Virus record (IMG/VR): IMGVR_UViG_2541047798_000008
From: a virus
Taxonomy: Duplodnaviria; Heunggongvirae; Uroviricota; Caudoviricetes
Direction: 5' to 3' (one strand)
Length of the DNA stretch: 31,449 nt
A program made the position numbers and the translations under genes. Shown piece by piece: positions 16,858-24,704 of the stretch. The notes beneath the pieces were generated by a model. That model ran no database searches. It was not told where the DNA came from and saw only the letters and a program-made list of their open reading frames with translations. Positions within the stretch are counted from its first letter, which is position 1; each line of letters begins with the position of its first letter.

Positions 16858-17399
16858 AGCCTGCTTCTCCTTGCCTTTCGGCACGTAAGAGGCTAACCTA
16901 CGTTTGTGAAGCATAGATTGGGCCTCAGATTAATGTTAAACGTCTTGCAGGACGCGTAATGTTAACTGGGGCTTTTCTCTATCTGCCGTTGGTGTTCATG
17001 CCCGAGGCAGATAGCCTCAAGCACCCGCAGCAATTCTACTTAACTCACGTCACCTCGCCAATATAAAATCAATCAGAGAGGTGATTCATAAGAACGATAA
17101 CAAGACAATAAATTGCCATTACTGCCGCAATAGCCAGCGCACATTTCAGAACCAGCACGATGACCTCCCATATTTGACGTACACGCGCATGGTTCAATAT
17201 GTAGCAACCTATTTCTTGCTTCAATATAAAATCAGGTATTGTTGTATAACTATTTAACTAATTCCCTATCCCCACATCTCAGGCGCTCAACGTCTGTGTT
17301 CGGGGCGTTTTTTAATACCTTACCCCCAGCGGCAAATCGAATACACCACCAGCGCCACCGCCATCGCAATTCCTACCGTTGTTAATGCTTCAGGCCTGG

Positions 17400-17633
17400 T
17401 CATCGTAAAATATCCTCCACGCTTATCAGTCCGTTCCGCTCCAGATAACTCATCGCCTTATCCGGTAATTTGCAGTCTGGCTTCGCTTTCCTCAGTTGCC
17501 AGGTTAACTGCTTTACCAGCATGGTTAACTCATCGACCAGACGCTGATATCCCACTGGTTTGTATTCATGCAATTTACCGGCTGGCTCTGCTGCCAGCGA
17601 TACCAGTGCGATTTCCAGAACAGCAATATCCAT
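17400..17633 (-). CDS. Hypothetical protein (77 aa from ATG); paralog of the upstream 61-aa gene with an apparent lost start codon
   Basis: An in-frame upstream extension (37 codons, no ATG/GTG/TTG) aligns with the N-terminus of the 17741..17926 product; both share IAL.SL.AEP. See findings. Confidence 0.45.
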   Translation of the reverse strand: MDIAVLEIALVSLAAEPAGKLHEYKPVGYQRLVDELTMLVKQLTWQLRKAKPDCKLPDKAMSYLERNGLISVEDILR

Positions 17634-17740
17634 CTTATATGTGCGGATGATGTCATGGTCGATTGTGCCCGGTATGCACAGTCTCTGTGCTTCAATAGTC
17701 TCCTCTGCGTGAGCTATTAACTGCTCTCTGGTAAAAGTCG

Positions 17741-17926
17741 TTATGCCGTAGCCCCTTCTTGATATTTTTCAAACCAGAACACAACCGGCTCTGCTTCCAG
17801 CGATGCCAGCGCAATCCGCGCCAGTTCTTCCGCTTCTTCTGCTGGCAGTACCACGTTGCTATCAGGTCCGTATGTTTCGCGCCACTGCTTGATTGTCAGT
17901 AGTCGCTCTTTGGTAATAGTGATCAT
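17741..17926 (-). CDS. Hypothetical small protein (61 aa)
   Basis: ATG 17924-17926 overlaps the upstream stop (ATGA); AAGGA upstream. Confidence 0.5.
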   Translation of the reverse strand: MITITKERLLTIKQWRETYGPDSNVVLPAEEAEELARIALASLEAEPVVFWFEKYQEGATA

Positions 17927-18438
17927 GCCGCGTTTCCTTCTTTCTTATTAACAATTACACCGTCATATATTTCATTAAGGTGCCCTCTCAACTCCATGCG
18001 CCTTAATGCAGATAACATGTAATCGCATTCAACCTGCTTATTTCCAGTAAATGGCTTATCGTCAGGATTACCCCAACAGCAATTACCCTTGGGCCACCCA
18101 TGCACTTTCCGTACTCTTCCGTTAACAACGTGAAGTAATCCCCAGCCAGGTGGTAAATCCTCAATTGAAATAATTCCCGGCTCACTAATAAAGAATCGCC
18201 AGTCGCCCATTCCAAGAGACGGATTTTTACGAAAACGCTTTTTTCTATCTGCCAACAAGTCAGCACGAGAACACTTCGCCTCTATCAGGCATGATGCTGA
18301 ATTTCTGAATCCCATAGCATCTGGCTGTTCTCCGGTACTGGTTACAGCTATAAAGCGGTCATGAAAACAAACCTTGAACCCGTTGCGCTTAAGGAACTTG
18401 TACGCAATCTGACAGAGTTCGCGGTGTGTTAACGCCAT
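17923..18438 (-). CDS. Putative PD-(D/E)xK-fold nuclease-like protein (171 aa)
   Basis: ATG 18436-18438 with AAGGAG 7 nt upstream (track start is TTG). EQPDAMGF...(14 aa)...LIEAKCS resembles the PD...(D/E)xK motif; NCCWGNPDD cysteine cluster. Confidence 0.45.
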   Translation of the reverse strand: MALTHRELCQIAYKFLKRNGFKVCFHDRFIAVTSTGEQPDAMGFRNSASCLIEAKCSRADLLADRKKRFRKNPSLGMGDWRFFISEPGIISIEDLPPGWGLLHVVNGRVRKVHGWPKGNCCWGNPDDKPFTGNKQVECDYMLSALRRMELRGHLNEIYDGVIVNKKEGNAA

Positions 18439-18439
18439 A

Positions 18440-18799
18440 TCACTCTCCTTTGATGCCAATGTTTACAGCCTGGCAAGCCTCTTTGAGCACCCAGTCAACA
18501 GCGTCTTTCCATGCTCCGGTTTCGACTGGCGGGTTCTCACGTTTTACCTGTTCATAAAAGCGCACGGCTTTAACCAGTCCTTCTGATGTCACCGGAACTG
18601 GCGGGGCCGTGAATAACGCCTGAATTTCATAGTTTGGTCTGTCGTTACAATCCTCTTTTGTCGGGACATATTTCCAGTCACCAACCCACTGCTTCCCCTG
18701 AAAGTCTGTAACGCCTTTTTTCACGTAGCGATATCGCCATGCCACTGGTTTTGCCTGCCCTACCTTTTCATGCCCTTCCTGATAATTAATCTCGCTCAT
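18440..18799 (-). CDS. Hypothetical nin-region protein (119 aa)
   Basis: ATG 18797-18799, overlapping the upstream stop. Confidence 0.5.
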   Translation of the reverse strand: MSEINYQEGHEKVGQAKPVAWRYRYVKKGVTDFQGKQWVGDWKYVPTKEDCNDRPNYEIQALFTAPPVPVTSEGLVKAVRFYEQVKRENPPVETGAWKDAVDWVLKEACQAVNIGIKGE

Positions 18800-18972
18800 T
18801 CATCGCCCCACTCATCACAATATGCTTCGACCGGTGTTTTCCCTGCTTCATAATCATCACGCCATGCTTCAGCATCAGCGGCACTTCCACCGCGTAACTC
18901 TGCATAATCCATTAACAGTTCATGCCATTCTTCAAAACTGGCGTTATATTTAGTTGAACCAAAATCAGCCAT
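18796..18972 (-). CDS. Hypothetical small protein (58 aa; MADFGSTKYNASFEEWHELLMDYAELRGG...)
   Basis: ATG 18970-18972, 3 nt after the preceding stop; its TGA overlaps the next ATG. Below the track cut-off. Confidence 0.4.
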   Translation of the reverse strand: MADFGSTKYNASFEEWHELLMDYAELRGGSAADAEAWRDDYEAGKTPVEAYCDEWGDE

Positions 18973-19147
18973 TTTGCTCTTCCTCTTCGTCTTTTATTTC
19001 GTGATATGAGTAATTGCAGTAGTTAAAGAAAATATCTTTTGCTTCGTCATGTATTTCATCAGGCGTCGCATCATCATCCACTTCGAATTCATCCTCGAAA
19101 TCTCCACCGGCTATTCCCGTTTCAATAATTATTTTAAACTTTCGCAT
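18965..19147 (-). CDS. Highly acidic small protein (60 aa, about one third Asp/Glu)
   Basis: ATG 19145-19147. Sequence MRKFKIIIETGIAGGDFEDEFEVDDDATPDEIHDEAKDIFFNYCNYSYHEIKDEEEEQNG. Confidence 0.5.
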   Translation of the reverse strand: MRKFKIIIETGIAGGDFEDEFEVDDDATPDEIHDEAKDIFFNYCNYSYHEIKDEEEEQNG

Positions 19148-19240
19148 TTAACTACCGCCCTTTCGGGCGGCCTCCTGATGTTCTGAGGGTGCAGAAATCC
19201 CTCCGGTTAAGGATTAAATTTTTAACAGAGCTAAATTTAA

Positions 19241-19597
19241 TTATTCAGTTCTGGATTTTGTCGCCCTGCGTATCCGCGCTTTCGCGTTACGCTCAATCTG
19301 AATTAGCTTTTCTATATTTTTTCGCCTTTCCCGCTCCTCCTGACGCAAGAGCCTTACATCATCTGCCAGTCTGGTTTCTCTTTTCGCCACAGAGAGCATC
19401 CAGTCAAATGGATCCACAACTGCACCGCAGATTTTACAGCGGACCTGACGCTCTTTTTCGTCAACCCGGACAGAGGCGTGATGACAATATGGTCTTTCCG
19501 ATGGCTCATAAAGAAAATTAACCTGATTACGAGGGTCATCCTCTTTTACCGGAAATAAAACGATATTGCTTAACTCATCCTCTGGTTTTATTTCCAT
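19241..19597 (-). CDS. Hypothetical protein with a zinc-ribbon-like motif (118 aa)
   Basis: ATG 19595-19597 with AAGGAGAGGAG upstream; C-H-H...CKIC motif. Confidence 0.5.
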   Translation of the reverse strand: MEIKPEDELSNIVLFPVKEDDPRNQVNFLYEPSERPYCHHASVRVDEKERQVRCKICGAVVDPFDWMLSVAKRETRLADDVRLLRQEERERRKNIEKLIQIERNAKARIRRATKSRTE

Positions 19598-20036
19598 GCT
19601 CCTCTCCTTTGATGCGAATGCCAGCGACGCGTAATGCGTGTTCTAAGTCAATCAGGTAAAGCCAACTGCCATTTTCTTTAGGTATCATGACATGTCGCTC
19701 ATCTGCATTTATCGGGTGTCCATATCGAAGGTCGTAGCGAGTCGGTAATTGAACTTCCCGCGCTTCCAGTTCAGCAATACGCTTGCTCCCATCAGAGATA
19801 ACGCCTTCGTAATACTCACGCTGCTCGTTGAGTTGTGATTTTGCTTCTTCCAGTCCATCCAGCAAATCAGCGATAATATCCGCTTCCCGATGACGGATGT
19901 GACGCTTAAACGCAGCAAGAGCCGCATCACAATCCCGTTCAGCATTTGGGCTGTCCGGGATAGCCTGATACCACGCCAGCGTCGACTGATAGTTTTGTGC
20001 TGCCTCACGAAGCGCCTCATAGTTAACCTCTCTCAT
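19575..20036 (-). CDS. Hypothetical phage protein (153 aa)
   Basis: ATG 20034-20036 with AGGAGGTG upstream; overlaps the upstream stop (ATGA). Confidence 0.55.
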   Translation of the reverse strand: MREVNYEALREAAQNYQSTLAWYQAIPDSPNAERDCDAALAAFKRHIRHREADIIADLLDGLEEAKSQLNEQREYYEGVISDGSKRIAELEAREVQLPTRYDLRYGHPINADERHVMIPKENGSWLYLIDLEHALRVAGIRIKGEEHGNKTRG

Positions 20037-20329
20037 TGAGCCACCTCCTGATAAATCACCGCATGCCCCAGTTTCTCCGCCAGTGCCAGCTCTGCCTTAG
20101 CGCCCGCTGACCGCTGCCAGCCATTCAGCATGTAAATCGCATCCACACAACGAATCATTGCCATGCAAATATCCATGTAGTGCGGCTGTGTCAGCCCGTC
20201 CGGAAGTACTGCCGGGTTTAAGACGGTATGCCCTTCCCGTTTCAGTTCCTCTTCCACCTTGTGAAATGCCTCACGGTTGAAATTTTCATATCCCGTCATT
20301 GGACCGGCGATATAAATCCTCACCCTCAC
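20033..20329 (-). CDS. DUF4406-like protein (nucleoside 2-deoxyribosyltransferase-like fold), 98 aa, GTG start
   Basis: N-terminal IYIAGPMTG motif typical of this family; GTG 20327-20329 with AGGAGGG upstream (alternative ATG at 20299). Confidence 0.5.
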   Translation of the reverse strand: MRVRIYIAGPMTGYENFNREAFHKVEEELKREGHTVLNPAVLPDGLTQPHYMDICMAMIRCVDAIYMLNGWQRSAGAKAELALAEKLGHAVIYQEVAQ

Positions 20330-20580
20330 TCCTGAACCCTCCTGTCGAAATAAACGTAGTTATTCACTGCGCCCAACTTCATCCCAAACTTTTCGGCAAT
20401 TTCCCGTCGGGGTACGCCACGCTGATGCAGTTGCCGCGCCAGCTCAATATCACGCTGTGAATATTTTGCCGACGGGTGAAAATCACCCCGTAAAATCATG
20501 CTGATACCCAGTTCCCGCGCTTTCGTCCTGACGGCTGACTCACTACGACCAATCAGATAACCGATGCTTTCGACTCTCAT
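20326..20580 (-). CDS. Small HTH DNA-binding protein (84 aa)
   Basis: ATG 20578-20580; two HTH-like segments (IGRSESAVRTKARELG and RREIAEKFGMKLGAVNNYV). Confidence 0.45.
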   Translation of the reverse strand: MRVESIGYLIGRSESAVRTKARELGISMILRGDFHPSAKYSQRDIELARQLHQRGVPRREIAEKFGMKLGAVNNYVYFDRRVQE

Positions 20581-20639
20581 CGTTCCCGCACACTGCCGGA
20601 GTATCAGGATTTCAGCCCAGCACCACTTCTTCCAGCCAC

Positions 20640-21356
20640 TCACCGCTGCTGCTCTCTGGTGGCGGTAATATCCCGGAGAATATCCCTGTGTTTGTTCAGT
20701 TCCCGCAGCGCAGCACAGACTCGCTCCCACTTCTGGACATCACTTTTCGCCCGGCGCAGCTCGCGGTTAGCCACATGCAGCGATGGTAGAATCAGGTCAT
20801 CTGCTTTCATTTCGGTGATCGATGGCTGTAACCTCACAATGTCTTCCACGATTTCTGTTTTCATTTCTTCCTGTGCCATCATTTCCTGTACTGGTAACGC
20901 AACACCTGCTGGCTGAGGAAAGGCTTTACCATCGGTTTCCGCTACGGATGCAGCTTCCGGCTCTGCCGGTAAATCAGCGCCCGGTATGCAGTAACGAAAT
21001 TTACCACCCTGATTCACGCGAATCAGACGCCCTTTGCTGATTGCCATGGCCAGCGATGAATTCGCCCGGCGGGAGGTAATCCCGAACATCAGTGCCAGCT
21101 CATCCGCCGTTTGTGGGCCATGTTGTTCAATCGCCTCAGTCAGCATTTGCGCTGTCACTTTCGGTACCGGTGACACTGATTCACTTTCACCAGCCTGAAT
21201 CAGCCACCACATCGAACCCTTGTTATCCGCTTCACCGCGGCGCTTCAGTTTCCACAGTTCGTCGACCGCATCTTCACGGCTGATTCCAAGGCGGGCCGCC
21301 ACTACCTGTGAAGAGGCTCTTTTCAGTGCTTTCAGTGCGTCAAATACGGTTTCCAT
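20640..21356 (-). CDS. Hypothetical protein with tandem winged-helix-like domains (238 aa)
   Basis: ATG 21354-21356 with GGAGGAA upstream (track start is TTG). Confidence 0.5.
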   Translation of the reverse strand: METVFDALKALKRASSQVVAARLGISREDAVDELWKLKRRGEADNKGSMWWLIQAGESESVSPVPKVTAQMLTEAIEQHGPQTADELALMFGITSRRANSSLAMAISKGRLIRVNQGGKFRYCIPGADLPAEPEAASVAETDGKAFPQPAGVALPVQEMMAQEEMKTEIVEDIVRLQPSITEMKADDLILPSLHVANRELRRAKSDVQKWERVCAALRELNKHRDILRDITATREQQR

Positions 21357-21389
21357 TAATATTTCCTCCGACAAAATCGTTTCTCAGAT

Positions 21390-22052
21390 TCAAATAAAAC
21401 CAGCTGCCTTCCGGCGTTCGTATTCCTGTTTCAGCCGTTCAATTGGCGTTGGCCCTTGCGGGTGTTTCGCCCCTTCCAGTTGTCGTCGCACTGGCGGAAC
21501 ACTCATCCCGTTACCAACATGCTTTGCCCATTTCGTCAGTTGCCGTTCCGCAAGTCGTTTTAACTCACCCTGCGTCATCTGGCGCTCAATCCCTCTGGTA
21601 CGCATTTCGAGGCAGATGTGGTACAGCACAGGCTGTGGCCACGGGTATTTATCACTCCCGTCGTATCGCCAGGATTCATTGCGCCAGCGCCGGTACTCTT
21701 CCATCACTGCATCCACCGTAAGACCAAATGGATTTGCCCCACTCTCCGAAATCAGTGCAACAAACTCAGCCAGGTCCGGGGGCCACGTTTCACCCGCCCG
21801 GCAGCGGTCCATGCACTGACGGCAGACCAGCCGGATTTGCTGTTCAGTCATCGCGCCAATCTGGGCAATCCAGAGCTTCGAAGGTGCGGCCCCGTTCTTC
21901 TGTGTCCAGCGGTTCGAATACGCCTCCCCCATAAGCTCCCACAGCTTCCAGGCCGTTTCCGTTGCTGATAAATCCGTTGTCACGTTCCCACTGTTCGCGT
22001 GCTGCCCGGATTTCCTGAACTGCCCGTGATGCCGTGCCACCTGATGCTGCAT
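21390..22052 (-). CDS. P: Replication protein P-like (helicase loader), 220 aa; start uncertain
   Basis: C-terminal region resembles lambda P as recalled (YPW...LTD/GELKR..AE...). ATG 22050-22052 has AAGGGGG upstream but overlaps the O-like gene by 208 nt; alternative starts at 21932 and 21851. Confidence 0.55.
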   Translation of the reverse strand: MQHQVARHHGQFRKSGQHANSGNVTTDLSATETAWKLWELMGEAYSNRWTQKNGAAPSKLWIAQIGAMTEQQIRLVCRQCMDRCRAGETWPPDLAEFVALISESGANPFGLTVDAVMEEYRRWRNESWRYDGSDKYPWPQPVLYHICLEMRTRGIERQMTQGELKRLAERQLTKWAKHVGNGMSVPPVRRQLEGAKHPQGPTPIERLKQEYERRKAAGFI

Positions 22053-22881
22053 GGCTTACCCCCTTGCTGACTGGTTTTACCTGTGCCCTGACGTGCTGCA
22101 CGTGGCGGGCAAATTTCTGCTCCCACTGAACCTGCGTGAAAACCTTCCCCTCCGCCATCCAGTAATCCCGGAATGCGGCAAGCTCTGCAGGTGTAAATTC
22201 CGGCTCAGGCAGAGCCATACCCCACACTGCTGCCCGTTGTCGAAAATCCGACGACGGCTGCCAGACAGTAGTCATCGAAAATTTCCCGATCGGTTCGCTC
22301 AGGCCGTCCAGGTATTCAGGTTCGGCTGTCTGCAACGGCGCACCATGCGACTCACCGGTTGGAGCACTCTCGCGCATACGCGCGTTATGTGTGGGGTTTA
22401 ATTCTGTATCTGTATCTTTATCTGTCGTGACTTGTCGTGACAGATGCGTGACACGTCGTGACTCATCGTGACAATCAGCATCATATTTCCGCAGCTTTTC
22501 GCGCTCCCGCTGCGCTCTCTTGCGCTCTGCCGGGGATTTTGCCGTTTGCGAAACGTTACCATTGTCCTCTTTCAGCACCTGACGTTTTTCCCATCCGGAA
22601 ATAAGGTCACCATCCAGAACCCGCCCCTGCATTGCATGCAAAATTGAATCAATTACGTCTTCCGTCACATCAAGCGCACTTGCTAAATCTTCCGTCGTGA
22701 CATCAATGTGACCACGTAGTGACACGCCGTGACATGTCGTGACATTTCGTGACGCGCTCACCAGAAGGTGGATATACACTGCCATCACTGTTGCGATTGG
22801 CTGTCCTGATACCCTGGCAATTGTTCGCCACTTAGGGTCATTTGGCATGTCATGCCATAATCTGAGCCAGGCGTTAGCCAT
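21844..22881 (-). CDS. O: Replication initiator / replisome organiser (lambda O-like), 345 aa, with internal iterons
   Basis: N-terminus MANAWLRLWHDMPNDPKWRTIA is typical of phage replisome-organiser N-domains. ATG 22879-22881 with AGAGGTGA upstream. Two GTGAC-repeat arrays lie inside the gene. Confidence 0.7.
   Translation of the reverse strand: MANAWLRLWHDMPNDPKWRTIARVSGQPIATVMAVYIHLLVSASRNVTTCHGVSLRGHIDVTTEDLASALDVTEDVIDSILHAMQGRVLDGDLISGWEKRQVLKEDNGNVSQTAKSPAERKRAQREREKLRKYDADCHDESRRVTHLSRQVTTDKDTDTELNPTHNARMRESAPTGESHGAPLQTAEPEYLDGLSEPIGKFSMTTVWQPSSDFRQRAAVWGMALPEPEFTPAELAAFRDYWMAEGKVFTQVQWEQKFARHVQHVRAQVKPVSKGVSHAASGGTASRAVQEIRAAREQWERDNGFISNGNGLEAVGAYGGGVFEPLDTEERGRTFEALDCPDWRDD
22424..22474. 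repeat. ori: Iteron array 1 (5 copies of CGTGAC at 10-11 bp spacing) with an adjacent AT-rich tract; candidate origin
   Basis: CGTGAC at 22426, 22436, 22447, 22457, 22467; AT-rich ggtttaattctgtatctgtatctttatc immediately beside it. Confidence 0.65.
22694..22755. repeat. Iteron array 2 (6 copies of GTGAC at 10-11 bp spacing) in the 5' part of the O-like gene
   Basis: GTGAC at 22697, 22708, 22719, 22729, 22739, 22749. Confidence 0.6.
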
Positions 22882-22952
22882 ACTCACCTCTTCTGATACC
22901 GAATCTTTTTACTCACGAGTTGCCGGAAGCGATTCGATATGGCTATTGTCAG

Positions 22953-23378
22953 TCAATGTACTGCCACAGCATTTCCTGCCGGGCCACCACGGTTCATCTG
23001 ATTGAAACCGGCGATTGCCACTGCGACAAAATCATCAGCGTCTCTCACCAGTCGCTCCCGCGTCTCCACCAGCTCCCGAAAATAAGCGGAACTGTGGCTG
23101 CGCATTCTGGCCACCAGCAAAGGTGGCATTGCCTTTTCGATCGCTGGTAACAACGCCTGAATTTTTTCAACTGCATCAGGGGTGTCTTTCTCTACCCAGC
23201 GGAAAATTTTCTGGGTATTGCGAGCCAGGGCTTCCGGATGGCTGTCGTCATACAGTTCCGGGAACGTCATTCCCAGCTCGAAATAAGTCCGGGCTATTTC
23301 AGCTGCTGGAACTTTCTCACCGTCTGGATACGCCCAGGCATTCATTGCCATGCGGATGTGTTCATGCTTGATTTTCAT
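22953..23378 (-). CDS. YdaT-like protein (141 aa), CII-position gene
   Basis: Follows the Cro-like gene with a 17-nt overlap; size and position as ydaT in Rac. Confidence 0.5.
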   Translation of the reverse strand: MKIKHEHIRMAMNAWAYPDGEKVPAAEIARTYFELGMTFPELYDDSHPEALARNTQKIFRWVEKDTPDAVEKIQALLPAIEKAMPPLLVARMRSHSSAYFRELVETRERLVRDADDFVAVAIAGFNQMNRGGPAGNAVAVH

Positions 23379-23634
23379 GAATCAGCTCCGGTGCATTTGA
23401 TGTGTTAACCTTGAATCCAACAGGTAAACCGTCGGTTGGGTTAGGATAAATATCAGGGCGAATTTCATGCGGGGTAACTTCCCACTTCATTAGCTGACAT
23501 AACGGAATTACCTGCTTTGGGGGAACGTCAAAGCTAAACCATTGCCAAACAGTCTGTTGAGCGACCCCCATATAACGACCTATTTCAGCTTGAGTGTATT
23601 TCTGCCTAATTTTTTCGCGAGTGCTATCTAGCAT
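23362..23634 (-). CDS. Cro/YdaS-like HTH regulator (90 aa)
   Basis: HTH AEIGRYMGVAQQTVWQW; ATG 23632-23634 with GAGGAG upstream; divergent from the repressor gene. Confidence 0.65.
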   Translation of the reverse strand: MLDSTREKIRQKYTQAEIGRYMGVAQQTVWQWFSFDVPPKQVIPLCQLMKWEVTPHEIRPDIYPNPTDGLPVGFKVNTSNAPELIHENQA

Positions 23635-23669
23635 TTTGCTCTCCTCTAAAAAACTATAAGCAAAGCCTA

Positions 23670-23706
23670 CAATAAAAAACTGTACACAATCAACAGTTTT
23701 TTATTG
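23670..23706. promoter_or_regulatory. Operator O1: perfect 14-bp inverted repeat CAATAAAAAACTGT-N9-ACAGTTTTTTATTG between the divergent repressor and cro-like genes
   Basis: Arms at 23670-23683 and 23693-23706. Confidence 0.7.
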
Positions 23707-23743
23707 TGATGCTTTTAACAGTATTTACCTGTAAAATTGAATA

Positions 23744-24145
23744 ATGATGAACGCCCTAGAAGTATCTATGTACAGAATCAGCAAGCTTCTTCAGGAAACT
23801 GGATGGAGCCAGGCTGAGCTTGCCCGTAGAATTGGTGTGACACAACAAACTGTTCAACAATGGGTCAGCGGTAAGGCTACACCTAAAGCCTCAAGTTTGG
23901 ATAAACTGGTTGAGGTTACAGGGCATCCATTGCATTGGTTTTTATTGCCTCCTGAAGAGGGGGAGCAAATTTTCACCCCTGACACGATGAAAATTGGTCC
24001 TCGTCAACGCGAACTGCTCCAGGCTTTTAGTGCGTTTCCAGAGGAAGACCAAGAAAAAATGCTTCAAGAAATCAAAGACAAGAAAAAATCAATGGAAGAA
24101 ACCATTGCCCGGTGGTTGGCGGCACAAAAAAGCCGCCGGGCGTGA
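23744..24145 (+). CDS. HTH (XRE-family) repressor, DicA/RacR/PaaR-like (133 aa)
   Basis: HTH LLQETGWSQAELARRIGVTQQTVQQWVSG; divergent from the cro-like gene; followed 27 nt later by the antitoxin-toxin pair. Confidence 0.75.
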   Translation: MMNALEVSMYRISKLLQETGWSQAELARRIGVTQQTVQQWVSGKATPKASSLDKLVEVTGHPLHWFLLPPEEGEQIFTPDTMKIGPRQRELLQAFSAFPEEDQEKMLQEIKDKKKSMEETIARWLAAQKSRRA

Positions 24146-24172
24146 CCACAGTACAAGAAGAGGAGTTATGCC

Positions 24173-24364
24173 ATGAGTACAGCCCTTTCTCCGATAGTTT
24201 CAGAATTCGAAACTACCGAACAAGAAAACAGTTACAACGAATGGTTACGCGCTAAAGTGGCGTCAAGCCTTGCAGACCCTCGTCCCTCAATTCCACATGA
24301 TGAGGTAATGGCTGAAATGGAGAATCTTATTGCTCAAATTGCTGTAACTAACAGGAGCGAGTAA
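24173..24364 (+). CDS. Antitoxin of a ParE-type TA pair (PaaA-like), 63 aa
   Basis: ATG 24173 with GAGGAG upstream; stop overlaps the toxin start (TAATG). Size and context fit PaaA-type antitoxins. Confidence 0.65.
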   Translation: MSTALSPIVSEFETTEQENSYNEWLRAKVASSLADPRPSIPHDEVMAEMENLIAQIAVTNRSE

Positions 24365-24651
24365 TGTTACCCATTTTGTGGCTACCATCTGCTCGCGATG
24401 ATTTGCGTCAGATCGTAGCCTATATTGCTAAGGAAAATATTCCTGCAGCACGCAGACTAAAAATACGGATTGAAACGTCTGTTTTAGCCCTCTCTGAGCA
24501 TCCATATCTATATCCGCCAAGTGATCGAGTATCCGGTTTGCGGGAAATTGTGGTTCACCCTAATTATATCGTTTTGTACCGAGTAGCAACTTCAAGCATT
24601 GAAATTGCAAATATTGTGCATGCCCGCCGACAATTTCCCTTCCCTATCTGA
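24364..24651 (+). CDS. parE: ParE/RelE-family toxin (95 aa)
   Basis: LWLPSARDDLRQIVAYIAKENIPAARRL...GLREIVVHPNYIVLYRV...IEIANIVHARRQFP are typical ParE motifs. Confidence 0.8.
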   Translation: MLPILWLPSARDDLRQIVAYIAKENIPAARRLKIRIETSVLALSEHPYLYPPSDRVSGLREIVVHPNYIVLYRVATSSIEIANIVHARRQFPFPI

Positions 24652-24667
24652 ACTGAACAATTTTCAC

Positions 24668-24693
24668 ACTCCCTCATTCGAGGGAGTTTTTTT
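24668..24693 (+). terminator. Intrinsic terminator after the repressor-antitoxin-toxin operon
   Basis: ACTCCCTC-ATTC-GAGGGAGT followed by TTTTTTT. Confidence 0.7.
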
Positions 24694-24704
24694 GCCCAAC
24701 ACAA

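Noticed and set aside
16858-17400. RelB/RelE genes upstream of hok (as in the K-12 relBE-hokD operon)
   Set aside because: No ORFs with RelB or RelE features are present; only the hok leader and short candidate peptide ORFs.
1986-18459. Track ORF starts at 1986, 5193, 18459, 21374 and 24862 taken as true starts
   Set aside because: These first codons are TTG or GTG in the sequence and lack RBS support; internal ATGs with Shine-Dalgarno sequences matching homolog N-termini were used instead.
22424-22755. Short direct repeats that might be taken for a CRISPR array
   Set aside because: The units are 10-11 bp with no spacers of CRISPR size and lie inside the O-like coding sequence; they are replication-origin iterons.
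23744-24145. A lambda CI-type repressor with a C-terminal LexA-like self-cleavage domain
   Set aside because: The protein is only 133 aa with an N-terminal HTH and no peptidase-S24-like region; it is the short DicA/RacR/PaaR type.
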